DNA from: Minisyncoccota bacterium | GTDB taxonomy: Bacteria > Patescibacteriota > Minisyncoccia > Phycocordibacterales > CAJBRS01 | DNA: 64,000 nt | Direction of reading: 5' to 3' | Assembly: GCA_017881075.1 (NCBI GenBank) | Contig: JADGRH010000001.1 | Coordinates: forward strand, 59,639 to 123,638 | Shown here: positions 19,099 through 28,358 of the stretch, piece after piece | Position numbering within the stretch: the stretch's first letter is position 1 | Layout of the letters: each line of letters begins with the position of its first letter | Translations under genes and position numbers: made by a program | Notes under the pieces: model-generated | What the model was told of the DNA's origin: nothing | What the model saw: only the letters and a program-made list of their open reading frames with translations | Databases searched by the model: none

Positions 19099-20466
19099 GT
19101 GATCAAATTTGGCAAAAGTTTTTTAAAATTGGTCATTTTATTTACAGCTGTAATTTCCTTGATGGCTTTACCGATCTCTTTTCAACCGCTTCCTAATGTT
19201 TTGGCCCAAACGGCTAATCCGGACCTAACTCCAGAACAGCGCAAAGCTCTGGAAGATCAATTGGCTAAGATTGAGCAGGAGATCGCGGCCCAACAACAGA
19301 TCTTAGACCAAAAGAAGCAGGAAGGATCGTCAATTTCTCGTGATATAGCTATTCTTGATGCTCAAATTAAACAGGCTCAACTAAAAATCCAGGCGCACAA
19401 TTTGGCTATTAGTCGATTAGGAAAAGACATCACGGTCAAAGTTCAGGTAATTGATAATTTAAATATCCATATTAGTAGCGAACAGGAATCTCTGGCTCAA
19501 ATTCTCCGCCAGACCAATCAATTGGATTCCTACTCATTAGCCGAAGCCATGTTGAGCAAGCAGGATCTCTCTGCTTTTCTCTTAGATATGGACACTTTTT
19601 CTACCATCAATCAATCTTTAAAACAGAAGATGGATGATATTACCAATGCCAAGAATCAGAATGAACAAGCAAAGAATTCTCTCGATCAGCAACGCAACCA
19701 GGAAATTGATACTAAAGTTAATGTTGAAAACGAACAGAAGAAAATCAAGACGGCTGAGGCCCAAAAACAAGCTCTGCTTAATATCAATAAAAATCAGCAG
19801 CAGGGCTATCAGACGGTTATTGCTAATAAACAGGCCCAAGCGGCGACCATCAGAAACACCCTCTTTCCTTTGCGAGATGTTCCGGCTATTAAATTCGGTG
19901 ATGCCGTAACCTACGCCACGGTGGCGTTCAGAGCTACCGGTGTAGATCCAGCTTTTATTCTGGCTATCATTACTCAGGAAAGTAATCTAGGGGCCAATGT
20001 TGGAGCGTGTTATTTGAAAGATGCTTCCGGGGCAGGCACCCGGATCAGTTCTGGCGTTACGGTTTCAAATCTAATGAAGCCTGATCGAGATATTCAACCA
20101 TTTTTGGAAATTACTAAATTGGTTGGACGCGACCCATTTCAGACCAAAGTATCTTGTCCGTTATCGGTGGGGTACGGCGGAGCGATGGGACCGGCTCAAT
20201 TTATTCCTTCTACCTGGAAACTTATGGCATCAAAAATTGCTGCCGCTGTAGGGAAACCAGCGGCTGACCCCTGGAATCCTCAAGATGCAATCATGGCCTC
20301 AGCTCTCTTTTTGAGGGACCTCGGAGCTGTGTCCGGCAGTTATACCTCGGAAATCAAGGCCGCCTGTAAATACTATGGTTCAGGCGGTTCCGCATGTGCT
20401 TACGGAACTCAAGTAATGGCAAAAGTGCAAGCCATTCAGGCTAATATTGATGTGTTGAATAGCTAA
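19099..20466 (+). CDS. Secreted coiled-coil protein with C-terminal lytic transglycosylase (SLT-like) domain
   Basis: Signal peptide, then a ~200-aa Q/K/E-rich coiled coil. C-terminal 'ITQESNLG...GAMGPAQFIPSTW' resembles the SLT catalytic Glu and substrate-binding motif. Confidence 0.55.
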   Translation: MIKFGKSFLKLVILFTAVISLMALPISFQPLPNVLAQTANPDLTPEQRKALEDQLAKIEQEIAAQQQILDQKKQEGSSISRDIAILDAQIKQAQLKIQAHNLAISRLGKDITVKVQVIDNLNIHISSEQESLAQILRQTNQLDSYSLAEAMLSKQDLSAFLLDMDTFSTINQSLKQKMDDITNAKNQNEQAKNSLDQQRNQEIDTKVNVENEQKKIKTAEAQKQALLNINKNQQQGYQTVIANKQAQAATIRNTLFPLRDVPAIKFGDAVTYATVAFRATGVDPAFILAIITQESNLGANVGACYLKDASGAGTRISSGVTVSNLMKPDRDIQPFLEITKLVGRDPFQTKVSCPLSVGYGGAMGPAQFIPSTWKLMASKIAAAVGKPAADPWNPQDAIMASALFLRDLGAVSGSYTSEIKAACKYYGSGGSACAYGTQVMAKVQAIQANIDVLNS

Positions 20467-20491
20467 CGCAGATTTGATATAGTCTATCAAC

Positions 20492-20728
20492 ATGAAAAAA
20501 GACATTCACCCACAATATTTTCCAAAAGCGACCATTACTTGCGCCTGCGGAGTGGTCTATACTCTTGGCTCTACTAAGGAGAAGATGGAAGTGGAAATCT
20601 GCTCTGCTTGCCATCCACTTTATACCGGCAATGAGAAGGTGCTTGATTCGGCTGGGCGAGTGGAGAAGTTTAAGGCACGACAGTCTGGTGCTAAAACTAG
20701 GAAAGCTGTCTCAAAGAAAGAGAAATAG
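20492..20728 (+). CDS. rpmE: 50S ribosomal protein L31
   Basis: 'MKKDIHPQY...CxxC...CSACHP' zinc-ribbon pattern. 78 aa. Confidence 0.85.
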   Translation: MKKDIHPQYFPKATITCACGVVYTLGSTKEKMEVEICSACHPLYTGNEKVLDSAGRVEKFKARQSGAKTRKAVSKKEK

Positions 20729-20887
20729 ATTTGTACAGCTGGTGTGGCCCGTATCGCTCCTGCCCGACTTTCCTCCTCTGATGACTCGGAAGAGTCGTTC
20801 ACGAGCTCTCCGGGAACAACCTGGACGATTGGGTATTTCACAGCATGTCTATTGTGGTGCTGCTAATCCAGGTTCCAAATTGATATC

Positions 20888-21817
20888 ATGCAAAAAGAAC
20901 AACTTGATGGATTAAAACAAAATCACAAGACCTCCTATCTCGCCGGCGAATATGAAAGATTAGAAAAGCAGGAAGAGGAGATCAGGAAGATGTCGGAGAA
21001 CGATCCGGCTCTTTTGGCATTGGCCGAAGATGAATTAAAAGATCTGGATGTACAAAAGAAAATGATAGAAGAGCAAATTGAAAATATTACCAAGGTAGAA
21101 GAGTCGGAAGATGATTTTCCTTCTGAAATTGTTTTGGAAGTGAGGGCTGGCGCCGGTGGGGAAGAGGCAACTCTTTTTGCCGAAGAGCTCGCTCTAATGT
21201 ATCAGAAGTATGCCGCCGCCGAGGGTTGGGCGACTCATAAGATTAACGACACCTCATTTGAAATTAAAGGCAAGGATGTTTATCGAAAACTTCGATTTGA
21301 AACTGGCGTCCATCGTATTCAGCGCGTTCCGGAGACTGAAAAAATGGGCCGAGTCCATACTTCCACCGCCTCAGTGGCCATTCTTCCTATTCGTAAGAAA
21401 ACTAGTATCGTTATTAATCTCGTCGATATTGAGATGGAATTCTCCCGTTCCGGTGGAGCGGGAGGTCAGAATGTGAACAAAGTAGAAACTGCCGTGCGTC
21501 TCATCCATAAACCAACAGGCATTGATGTTCGCTCTACTCAAGAGCGAAGCCAATTGAAAAATCGGGAGAAGGCCATGAGCATTTTGATTGCCAAACTGGA
21601 GTTGATGAAAGAAGAAGAGGAAGCCAAAAAATTCTCCAAAGAGCGCTCCGACCAGATTGGCACCGCCGACCGCTCCGAAAAGATCCGCACTTACAACATC
21701 CTCCAAGACCGCGTCACCGACCACCGCATCAAAGAATCCTGGCACAATATAGAAAAGATCTTCGCTGGCGGCCTTGGACCGATCGTGGAGGCAATGAATC
21801 AGGCCTCAGGGGTATAA
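20888..21817 (+). CDS. prfA: Peptide chain release factor 1 (compact form)
   Basis: GGQ motif ('[18 protein letters not shown]'). 'RVPETE' is a PxT-type tripeptide position (RF1-like, not the SPF of RF2). 309 aa. Confidence 0.7.
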   Translation: MQKEQLDGLKQNHKTSYLAGEYERLEKQEEEIRKMSENDPALLALAEDELKDLDVQKKMIEEQIENITKVEESEDDFPSEIVLEVRAGAGGEEATLFAEELALMYQKYAAAEGWATHKINDTSFEIKGKDVYRKLRFETGVHRIQRVPETEKMGRVHTSTASVAILPIRKKTSIVINLVDIEMEFSRSGGAGGQNVNKVETAVRLIHKPTGIDVRSTQERSQLKNREKAMSILIAKLELMKEEEEAKKFSKERSDQIGTADRSEKIRTYNILQDRVTDHRIKESWHNIEKIFAGGLGPIVEAMNQASGV

Positions 21818-21819
21818 AA

Positions 21820-22062
21820 TTAGTGAATGAATTTAAGAGAAGTGGAAGTGCTCGTCGTTGTTGCATTCATGGTAGAAGTGCTGAAAGTTGAAATTATGGA
21901 ATTCCAAATATTTCCTGGGCGCTCCAATTGGCTCATAATTTGACCGGTAAGGCCTCCCTGCTGATTATGATAACTGCTATATCCGATAGTGGCGACGAAT
22001 GCCACAGCAACAATAAGAACAATCAACAGCCCGATAAAGCCGTGTTTTTTAGTGGTTTTCAT
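21820..22062 (-). CDS. Small hypothetical membrane/secreted protein
   Basis: 80-aa ORF with an N-terminal hydrophobic segment and no recognisable domain. Confidence 0.3.
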   Translation of the reverse strand: MKTTKKHGFIGLLIVLIVAVAFVATIGYSSYHNQQGGLTGQIMSQLERPGNIWNSIISTFSTSTMNATTTSTSTSLKFIH

Positions 22063-22088
22063 ACGCTTAAAATCATAACATATCTCTT

Positions 22089-22107
22089 GCAGAGGTCTGA
22101 CCTCTGC
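22089..22107. repeat. REP palindrome family 2: GCAGAGGTCTGACCTCTGC
   Basis: Perfect 19-nt palindrome. Copies occur at 22089-22107, 22190-22208 and 22916-22934. Confidence 0.8.
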
Positions 22108-22189
22108 AGCCGAGTTTCTGCAGATTTTTTTTATCTATAATTTATATTTCCTTTAATGTTTCTTCATAGTCGGTACTATAAAATATCTT

Positions 22190-22208
22190 GCAGAGGTCAG
22201 ACCTCTGC
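22190..22208. repeat. REP palindrome family 2 copy (central A variant) directly abutting the RAYT start codon
   Basis: gcagaggtcagacctctgc, followed 3 nt later by the RAYT ATG at 22212. Confidence 0.8.
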
Positions 22209-22211
22209 AAG

Positions 22212-22907
22212 ATGAGAAAAGAACCATTTAATGTCGGATCATACATTCATGTAATAAAAAGAGGCCATAGAAAGTCTCTCATTGTTCGGGATGAGAATGA
22301 CAGAAATCATTTTGAGCGAATCTTGTATTACCTGAATCATAAGAAATCATTGCCCGAACGTTGGTCTCAGATTTTAAGAGAAAAGAGAATTAAGAATTTT
22401 GATTTTCCTAAGGAGTGGGGAAAAAGAAAGCCTTTGGTAAAAATTGTAGCTTATGCTCTAATGCCGAACCATCTTCATCTATTTCTGAAAGAAATTGTTG
22501 AAGGAGGAGTAACGACTTTCATGAGAAAAATAGGCAATAGCATGACAGCTCATTTTAATCTCAGACATGAAGAATCTGGAACGCTTTTTCCAGGTGCCTA
22601 TCGGTCTAAAACAATTGAAGACGATGCTTATTTTCGTTACTGTGGAGTATATATCATGGTCAAAAATATTTTTGAGCTTTATCCTGGTGGACTCGAGCGA
22701 GCAAAAAAAGAATTTGAGATAGCATTTCAATGGGCTTTAAATTATAGATTCAGCAGTTTGCCGGAATATCTGAATATCAGGACTCAACCGATAATCGATA
22801 AGGAATTGTTAGGGGAACTCTTTTTCGGTCCTAAGGACTTCAAGGATTTTGCTAGAGATTGTATTTTAGGAAGGAAACCTGATTTTAATGAGATAAATCT
22901 AGAGTAA
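22212..22907 (+). CDS. REP-associated tyrosine transposase (RAYT, second distinct copy/family)
   Basis: HUH motif 'LMPNHLHLF', about 231 aa, bracketed by family-2 REP palindromes. The ORF-track start at 22188 lies inside the REP, so the second Met (22212) was chosen. Confidence 0.75.
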   Translation: MRKEPFNVGSYIHVIKRGHRKSLIVRDENDRNHFERILYYLNHKKSLPERWSQILREKRIKNFDFPKEWGKRKPLVKIVAYALMPNHLHLFLKEIVEGGVTTFMRKIGNSMTAHFNLRHEESGTLFPGAYRSKTIEDDAYFRYCGVYIMVKNIFELYPGGLERAKKEFEIAFQWALNYRFSSLPEYLNIRTQPIIDKELLGELFFGPKDFKDFARDCILGRKPDFNEINLE

Positions 22908-22915
22908 ATGAAATC

Positions 22916-22934
22916 TGCAGAGGTCTGACCTCTG
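22916..22934. repeat. REP palindrome family 2 copy 3' of the RAYT gene
   Basis: ctgcagaggtctgacctctgcag is a 23-nt palindrome 9 nt after the RAYT stop. Confidence 0.8.
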
Positions 22935-22990
22935 CAGGAAATTTATGGGTTGCGCCGATAATTCTAATTTGCTACACTACCTCCTACACT

Positions 22991-23716
22991 ATGGAAAAAA
23001 CCAATACAAATAGCCTCGTTATAGAAAAAATGTTCCAAGCCGGTGCTCATTTTGGCTATTCTAAATCCCGGCGCCACCCGACCACCAGCCCCTACATTTT
23101 CGGGGTCAAAAATAAGGTAGAGATTATTGATTTAGAAAAGACCGAGGAATCTCTCACTGCCGCATTGGAATTCGTCAAGAAACTAGCCTCTGAAGGCAAA
23201 ACTATTCTTTTTGCTTCCGGCAAAAATGAAGGAAAGTCTGCTATTCAGAAAGGGGCAGAGGCCATTGAAATGCCATTTGTTGCCGGCCGCTGGGTAGGAG
23301 GAACTTTCACCAATTTTGACAATATCAAAAAACGAGTAGAGAAGATGCAGGACCTTCTATCTCAACGAGAGAAAGGAGAATTGGCCAAATATACCAAGAA
23401 AGAAAGATTGATGATTGATCGCCAGATCGACAAATTGAATCTGCTTTTCTCAGGATTGGTCTTATTGAAACAACTTCCCGCAGCACTTTTTGTAATTGAT
23501 TCAAGACGCGAGCATATCGCCGTAGAGGAAGCGAAGTGCATGAAGATTCCGGTGATCGCTCTTAGTGGCTCAGATTGCAATCTCAAAGAAGTTGACTACC
23601 CGATCGTCGCTAATGATTCTGCCATGGCCAGCATTAAATTTTTTGTTGATAAAGTGACCGACGCCTACAAAGAAGGGAAGTTAATGAAAAAAACTGAACC
23701 AATCAAAGCTGTATAA
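22991..23716 (+). CDS. rpsB: 30S ribosomal protein S2
   Basis: 'MFQAGAHFGYSKSRRHP' S2 N-terminal signature. 241 aa. Confidence 0.9.
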   Translation: MEKTNTNSLVIEKMFQAGAHFGYSKSRRHPTTSPYIFGVKNKVEIIDLEKTEESLTAALEFVKKLASEGKTILFASGKNEGKSAIQKGAEAIEMPFVAGRWVGGTFTNFDNIKKRVEKMQDLLSQREKGELAKYTKKERLMIDRQIDKLNLLFSGLVLLKQLPAALFVIDSRREHIAVEEAKCMKIPVIALSGSDCNLKEVDYPIVANDSAMASIKFFVDKVTDAYKEGKLMKKTEPIKAV

Positions 23717-23719
23717 GTC

Positions 23720-24310
23720 ATGACTATCACTACCGAACAAGTAAAAGAATTACGTGACAAGACCGGTATTTCGGTGATGCAATGCAAGAAGGCTTTGGAA
23801 GAAGCCGGTGGCGACATGGAAAAGGCCACGGTCATTTTGCGAAAGAAAGGAGCGGAAATTGCTTCTAAGAAATCGGACCGAACGCTCGGCGCTGGCACCG
23901 TCGCCGCCTACATTCATTCTAATGGTACTGTCGGAGCGATGGTGGAGCTCGTTTCAGAGACAGATTTCGTTTCCAAGAATGAGGAATTTAAAACTCTGGC
24001 CTATAATATCGCCATGCACGTTGCTGCATCCAAACCAGAATTTCTCACCACCGAAGAAATAGACAAAACAACCAAGAAGAATGCCGCTGAAGTGTTTCAA
24101 AAAGAGGTGGAAGGAAAACCAAAAGAAATGCAGGCAAAGATACTGGAAGGGAAACTTAACTCTTATTTCGCCGACAAAATTCTATTGGAACAACCATTCA
24201 TCAAAAATCCGGAACTAACCATCAATCAACTTATTCAGAACGCTATTCAAAAATTCGGCGAGAAAATAGAAGTGGCCAAATTCACTCGCTTCTCTGTCTT
24301 AGAAAAATAA
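23720..24310 (+). CDS. tsf: Elongation factor Ts (short form)
   Basis: 'VKELRDKTGISVMQCKKALEEAGGDMEKA' UBA-like N-terminus typical of EF-Ts. Immediately downstream of rpsB. Confidence 0.85.
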   Translation: MTITTEQVKELRDKTGISVMQCKKALEEAGGDMEKATVILRKKGAEIASKKSDRTLGAGTVAAYIHSNGTVGAMVELVSETDFVSKNEEFKTLAYNIAMHVAASKPEFLTTEEIDKTTKKNAAEVFQKEVEGKPKEMQAKILEGKLNSYFADKILLEQPFIKNPELTINQLIQNAIQKFGEKIEVAKFTRFSVLEK

Positions 24311-24320
24311 GCAAACATTC

Positions 24321-24698
24321 ATGATTATTGCTCTCTCATTGCTGATTGTCTCTTTTTTGGCCATGATGGGTATGGTTTATCTGAAACTGACCGAGACCAG
24401 AACTGGTAAGTCCTACCTCTTTTTCAATAAAAAAAGTGATCAGTTTGTGGAAAATAGTTATACTGGTGCAAAGAAATTCTTTCATCGCTGGAATTGGCGG
24501 ACCATCCAATTGCTTTACCACCTTGTTTTGGAGAAAATTGAGGATTTCTTTCTGAATATCTATCGATATACTAGAAAGAAGTTTGATAAACCGGTCAGTA
24601 TGGTAAAAGGACAAGGTGACCTTCCAACTGAAAAATCAGACAGCTCCTTTTTCTTGAAAAACATAGAGGAGCATAAAAATAATAATAAGCCGAAGTAG
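24321..24698 (+). CDS. Hypothetical small membrane protein
   Basis: One N-terminal TM helix and no recognisable domain. Its stop overlaps the tRNA 5' end. Confidence 0.35.
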   Translation: MIIALSLLIVSFLAMMGMVYLKLTETRTGKSYLFFNKKSDQFVENSYTGAKKFFHRWNWRTIQLLYHLVLEKIEDFFLNIYRYTRKKFDKPVSMVKGQGDLPTEKSDSSFFLKNIEEHKNNNKPK

Positions 24699-24764
24699 CT
24701 CAGTTGGTAGAGCAGCTGTTTTGTAAACAGCAGGTCGTCGGTTCAAACCCGACCTTCGGCTCCA
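24689..24764 (+). tRNA. tRNA-Thr (anticodon UGU), CCA encoded
   Basis: Cloverleaf drawn by hand. Acceptor gccgaag/cttcggc, D-arm gctc-agttggta-gagc, anticodon stem gctgt/acagc with loop tttgtaa (anticodon TGT), T-arm gtcgg-ttcaaac-ccgac, then discriminator t + cca. Confidence 0.8.
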
Positions 24765-24767
24765 AGA

Positions 24768-25463
24768 TTATTTCTTCTTACTACTAGTGCTTGTGGTGGA
24801 AGTGGCGCTGGTGGAGCTCGCCAGTAATGTTTGAAGAATTGGCAAGTCTTTCTCAATGTCTTCAATGCTGGTGAAACCGTAATAGGTCTTGTCTTCAATG
24901 ATGGTGGCCGGCAATGATCCATTCAATTTATAAATGGAAATGAGAGTCTTGACGGCAGAGAGGTCAAGATCATAATCAAAAGAATAAACTCGGAGAGACG
25001 GATATTTCTGTCTCATGGCGGTCAGAACATAGCCCTGTTTAGTACAATCATCGCAGTGAGTGTTGTTGGAATAAAAATATAGAATGAATACGGAAGGCAC
25101 ATGGCATCTTTCGCTCACCTGTTTCATTAAGAGATAATCTTTAATTTCCAAGAGAGAATAATCTTTCTTCAGCTGAACAATGTTGCTGTCTTGATTGCCA
25201 ATATTTTCTTCTCCGTATTGAATCTTATCGGCCAGAGAGTTTAGTTCGGGGGATAAGATAGAATCATTGACGTCCTTGCAGGAAAGCTCTCCAAGTAAAG
25301 AGAACTGAACCTCCGAGGAGGCAATGTCCGTAGAAATGGAACTCTGGATTGATTGAATGTCGGCAATTCTTTTGCCGTTGAAATAATTATTCAGATAAAG
25401 GGCCGTAAAGAAAATAGCGGCCGTGATCAGAAGAGTAATAAGATATTTTTTCCAATCCATCAT
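24768..25463 (-). CDS. Membrane-anchored thioredoxin-like (CxxC) protein
   Basis: N-terminal TM helix. The C-terminal region with 'CDDC' and flanking pattern is consistent with a thioredoxin/DsbA-like fold. Ser/Thr-rich tail. Confidence 0.4.
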   Translation of the reverse strand: MMDWKKYLITLLITAAIFFTALYLNNYFNGKRIADIQSIQSSISTDIASSEVQFSLLGELSCKDVNDSILSPELNSLADKIQYGEENIGNQDSNIVQLKKDYSLLEIKDYLLMKQVSERCHVPSVFILYFYSNNTHCDDCTKQGYVLTAMRQKYPSLRVYSFDYDLDLSAVKTLISIYKLNGSLPATIIEDKTYYGFTSIEDIEKDLPILQTLLASSTSATSTTSTSSKKK

Positions 25464-25476
25464 GAGTGTGTCGCCC

Positions 25477-26733
25477 CTATCTCCAGGAGCTTTGTCTTCC
25501 GAATAAAGTATTGTAAAAAGCCTTGATAAGCCAGAGTGGAGCGATCATGGAATAAAGGAAGAGAGAATAAACCACATCCATATATCGGCGGTCTCTCACT
25601 CCGGCCATTCGCTTTCCGGTAAAAATAATGATCAGTGTAAGAACGATGAGCAAGGCATTAATGAAGGAAATAGCTTTCGTATTAATAAAGAACCAATCGA
25701 AATGAAAATTACTAAGGCTCCAATGAAAACCGACAGTTTGGAATCTAACGGTTTCTTTAATAAGAAATTTCAAGATGCCATAATAGATGACAAAGACTAG
25801 ATAGATAGTGCCAAAGAAAGAGACAAAGGCTAGCGGTAGGATAAAAAGGCCCAGATTGCCATATTTTTTATTAAAGACCAGATGCCGATAATCCTTGATA
25901 TTTTCCAGAAAGCCGTGGGTCCAGCGCACCCTCTGCTTGTAAAGCTTCGGTAAGGTTTTCGGACCAACAGTATAGACTACGGCCTTATGGGCGTTCACAA
26001 TCTTATAATGATTGCTCTGAAGACGTAGTGCCATCTCCATATCTTCGGTGTTGTGAGCATGATGATAATTACCTAGCTCGGTAAAAACTCGGGTTCTGAA
26101 AATGGAAAACGGACCGGGCGTGACATAAATAGCATTCAGAATACTGAAAACTTTTCGGGCGAAGATACCAAGATTATATTCAACATTCTGGATCATTCTG
26201 ATAATACTGTTCGGACTGTGGATTTTAAGCGACGGGGTAACAGCCATGACTTTTGGGTCTCTGAAATAGACCATGATATTTTTCAGAGCGTCCGGATGGA
26301 CGAAGGAATCAGCATCAAGACAGCCGACATAGTCTGTGACGGTATGTTCCAGGCCAAGATTGAGTGCAGTATATTTACCCCCGTTTTCTTTTTGAAATGT
26401 TTGAATTTGGGAAATATCTTTAAATTCGGAGATAACTTTGAAAGTATTGTCAGTACTGCCGTCATCAATAATTAAAATATGTAATTTCTCTTTAGGGTAA
26501 TTCAGTTTCAGTAAAGATTCTACAGTGGTTCTAATAGTGTTCTCTTCATTGAAGCAAGGAACGATAACGGTGACAGCCGGATGATCAATCAATTGCCACG
26601 ACTCTTCTTCCCGAATTTGCCCCTTTTTTTCCCAAAAAGTGAGCAACAGGAAGACTTCAAAATATAAAGACATGAAGAGAATGGTATATGTAACAATATC
26701 GGAGGCAATATGAAAAGGCATAGGTCGTTCCAT
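25477..26733 (-). CDS. Family-2 glycosyltransferase, processive beta-glycan synthase-like (PgaC/NodC/cellulose-synthase-like)
   Basis: 'VIVPCFNEE', 'DDGSTD', 'DADS' and 'QRVRWTHG' (QxxRW) motifs, with multiple C-terminal TM helices. Confidence 0.75.
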   Translation of the reverse strand: MERPMPFHIASDIVTYTILFMSLYFEVFLLLTFWEKKGQIREEESWQLIDHPAVTVIVPCFNEENTIRTTVESLLKLNYPKEKLHILIIDDGSTDNTFKVISEFKDISQIQTFQKENGGKYTALNLGLEHTVTDYVGCLDADSFVHPDALKNIMVYFRDPKVMAVTPSLKIHSPNSIIRMIQNVEYNLGIFARKVFSILNAIYVTPGPFSIFRTRVFTELGNYHHAHNTEDMEMALRLQSNHYKIVNAHKAVVYTVGPKTLPKLYKQRVRWTHGFLENIKDYRHLVFNKKYGNLGLFILPLAFVSFFGTIYLVFVIYYGILKFLIKETVRFQTVGFHWSLSNFHFDWFFINTKAISFINALLIVLTLIIIFTGKRMAGVRDRRYMDVVYSLFLYSMIAPLWLIKAFYNTLFGRQSSWR

Positions 26734-26797
26734 CCTATCTCATTTTGACCTCCTTTTCAACCTTTATTTTAAGGCTTAATTTGGCTATAATCGACTT

Positions 26798-27946
26798 ATG
26801 AGAAATATTTTTGAGGTGTCATATGAGGATCAAAAGAAGGCTTTAACCACGCTCGATGCTCTACATGATCCTGAAAACGAACGAATTAAAAGGTTTTTAA
26901 AAATGTCGGATTTATCTCGAACAGTCGGCAGTCCTATTGCCGAAATGGTAGAGAAAATTCTGGCCCGCCCGGAATTCAAAGATTTCGATGTTATTGAAAC
27001 GCCCGAAGTGGTGCCTACAACTATTAGTTTTGATCTTTTCGATTTTCCAAAAGATCATCCGGCCAGAAGCCGCTCCGATACCTACTACGTGAACGATGAA
27101 AATATTCTCCGAACTCACACCACCGTAATGTGGTATTACTATTTAAAGGAGAAAGATGTCCAAAAAAGAATGAGTAAGGGAGAGCCGGTCGGCTGTTTTT
27201 CCTTCGGAAAAGTTTATCGAAAGGATGAGATTGATCGAAATCACATGAATGTCTTCCATCAGCTGGACGGCTGGTATCTTGCCCCAAAAGAGAGAGAAAA
27301 AATTGGCGCAGATGAATTGAAAAAAGTTTTAGGAGCTATTGCCGAAGCGGTATATGGCCCGAAAATGGAAAAACGATATAACCCCGATGAATTTCCATAC
27401 ACTGACCCGTCTCTTGAAATGGAAATCAAGCCGGATGATCGATGGATTGAAGTTTTGGGGAGCGGAGTGGTGAAAGACAGCGTTTTGGATAAGCTCGGCA
27501 TTGATTCAAATAAATGGAATGGCTGGGCTTTCGGCTTTGGACTGGAGCGGTTAGCCATAGTTTCAATGGAATTGCCGGACATCCGCCTCCTCTGGTCGGA
27601 AGACGAAAGAGTGAAGAAGCAGTTGAAGCTCGGTTCTAAATTCAAAGAAGTCAGCAAATTTCCGCCGGTTATCCGCGACATTTCTTTTATTGCTCCCAAA
27701 AATTTAATTTTAAATCACTACTTTGATCGCATTCGCGATATTGTCGACGATCAAATCGAGGAAATGAAACTAACCGATAAATATGAGAATGATGCCAAGT
27801 TCGGTGTGGATAAAATGAGTTATACCTGGAGACTGACTTATCGAGATTTGAATAAAACTTTAACTAGTGAGGAAGTAAACGGTTTGCACGCTAAAGTTGA
27901 AGAAATGACAGAAAAGGAATTCAACGCCGCTGTAAGAAGAGCATAA
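26798..27946 (+). CDS. pheS: Phenylalanine--tRNA ligase alpha-type catalytic domain fused to a C-terminal FDX-ACB (PheT-type anticodon-binding) domain; monomeric/mitochondrial-type architecture
   Basis: Class II motifs 'HPARSRSDTYY', 'FGKVYRKDEIDRNHMNVFHQLDG' and 'GWAFGFGLERLAIVSMELPDIRLLW'. These are followed by ~100 aa 'KFPPVIRDISFIAP...YTWRLTYRDLNKTLTSEEVN' resembling the FDX-ACB domain. No pheT is adjacent. Confidence 0.7.
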   Translation: MRNIFEVSYEDQKKALTTLDALHDPENERIKRFLKMSDLSRTVGSPIAEMVEKILARPEFKDFDVIETPEVVPTTISFDLFDFPKDHPARSRSDTYYVNDENILRTHTTVMWYYYLKEKDVQKRMSKGEPVGCFSFGKVYRKDEIDRNHMNVFHQLDGWYLAPKEREKIGADELKKVLGAIAEAVYGPKMEKRYNPDEFPYTDPSLEMEIKPDDRWIEVLGSGVVKDSVLDKLGIDSNKWNGWAFGFGLERLAIVSMELPDIRLLWSEDERVKKQLKLGSKFKEVSKFPPVIRDISFIAPKNLILNHYFDRIRDIVDDQIEEMKLTDKYENDAKFGVDKMSYTWRLTYRDLNKTLTSEEVNGLHAKVEEMTEKEFNAAVRRA

Positions 27947-27951
27947 AACAC

Positions 27952-28278
27952 ATGGAAGATAAAATTCGACAAATTCTTTCGGATATAGGTTTCGTGGAAT
28001 CCGATAATGGAAATAAAATTTTTAAAATTAAGGATGGCATCCTTACCGTTGCTATTTCTAAACCTTCTTCGGGTAAGACGGTAAACGAAGAAATTCGCCA
28101 AACTCGTGAATATCTCTTGAAAAACCTTGATGCTAAAATTTTGACTCTCTGCACCATTGATGATACAGGTGGAATTTTAATGCTAGGAAAGGAGAAAATC
28201 GGTGAAATTAATAGAATAGATGGAGTAATGGAGATAAATCTCCATAAATTACTAAATAGTGCCTCAACTAAGGGTTAA
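27952..28278 (+). CDS. Hypothetical protein
   Basis: 108-aa ORF with good coding appearance, following pheS by 5 nt. No recognisable motif. Confidence 0.35.
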   Translation: MEDKIRQILSDIGFVESDNGNKIFKIKDGILTVAISKPSSGKTVNEEIRQTREYLLKNLDAKILTLCTIDDTGGILMLGKEKIGEINRIDGVMEINLHKLLNSASTKG

Positions 28279-28296
28279 ATTGAGTCAGTGTTAGCT

Positions 28297-28326
28297 TGGC
28301 AAAGAGGCCAGTAAAATGCTATAATA
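28297..28326 (+). promoter_or_regulatory. Candidate sigma70-type promoter (TTGGCA-N18-TATAAT) upstream of gyrB
   Basis: ttggca at 28297-28302 and tataat at 28321-28326, about 30 nt upstream of the gyrB start. Confidence 0.4.
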
Positions 28327-28358
28327 TGAGTAAATAAAGCCATTAAAAGGGGCTTTGT

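Noticed and set aside
20729-20887. RF2-type programmed +1 frameshift site, or an N-terminal exon of prfA, in the rpmE-prfA spacer
   Set aside because: An in-frame TAA lies 24 nt upstream of the prfA ATG. The protein has a PxT (RF1-type) rather than SPF motif. No CUU-UGA-C shift site with upstream SD is present.
20729-20887. SRP (4.5S) RNA candidate because of a GGAA tetraloop hairpin
   Set aside because: The flanking sequence does not match the conserved domain IV motif (…GGUCCGGAAGGAAGCAGCC…).
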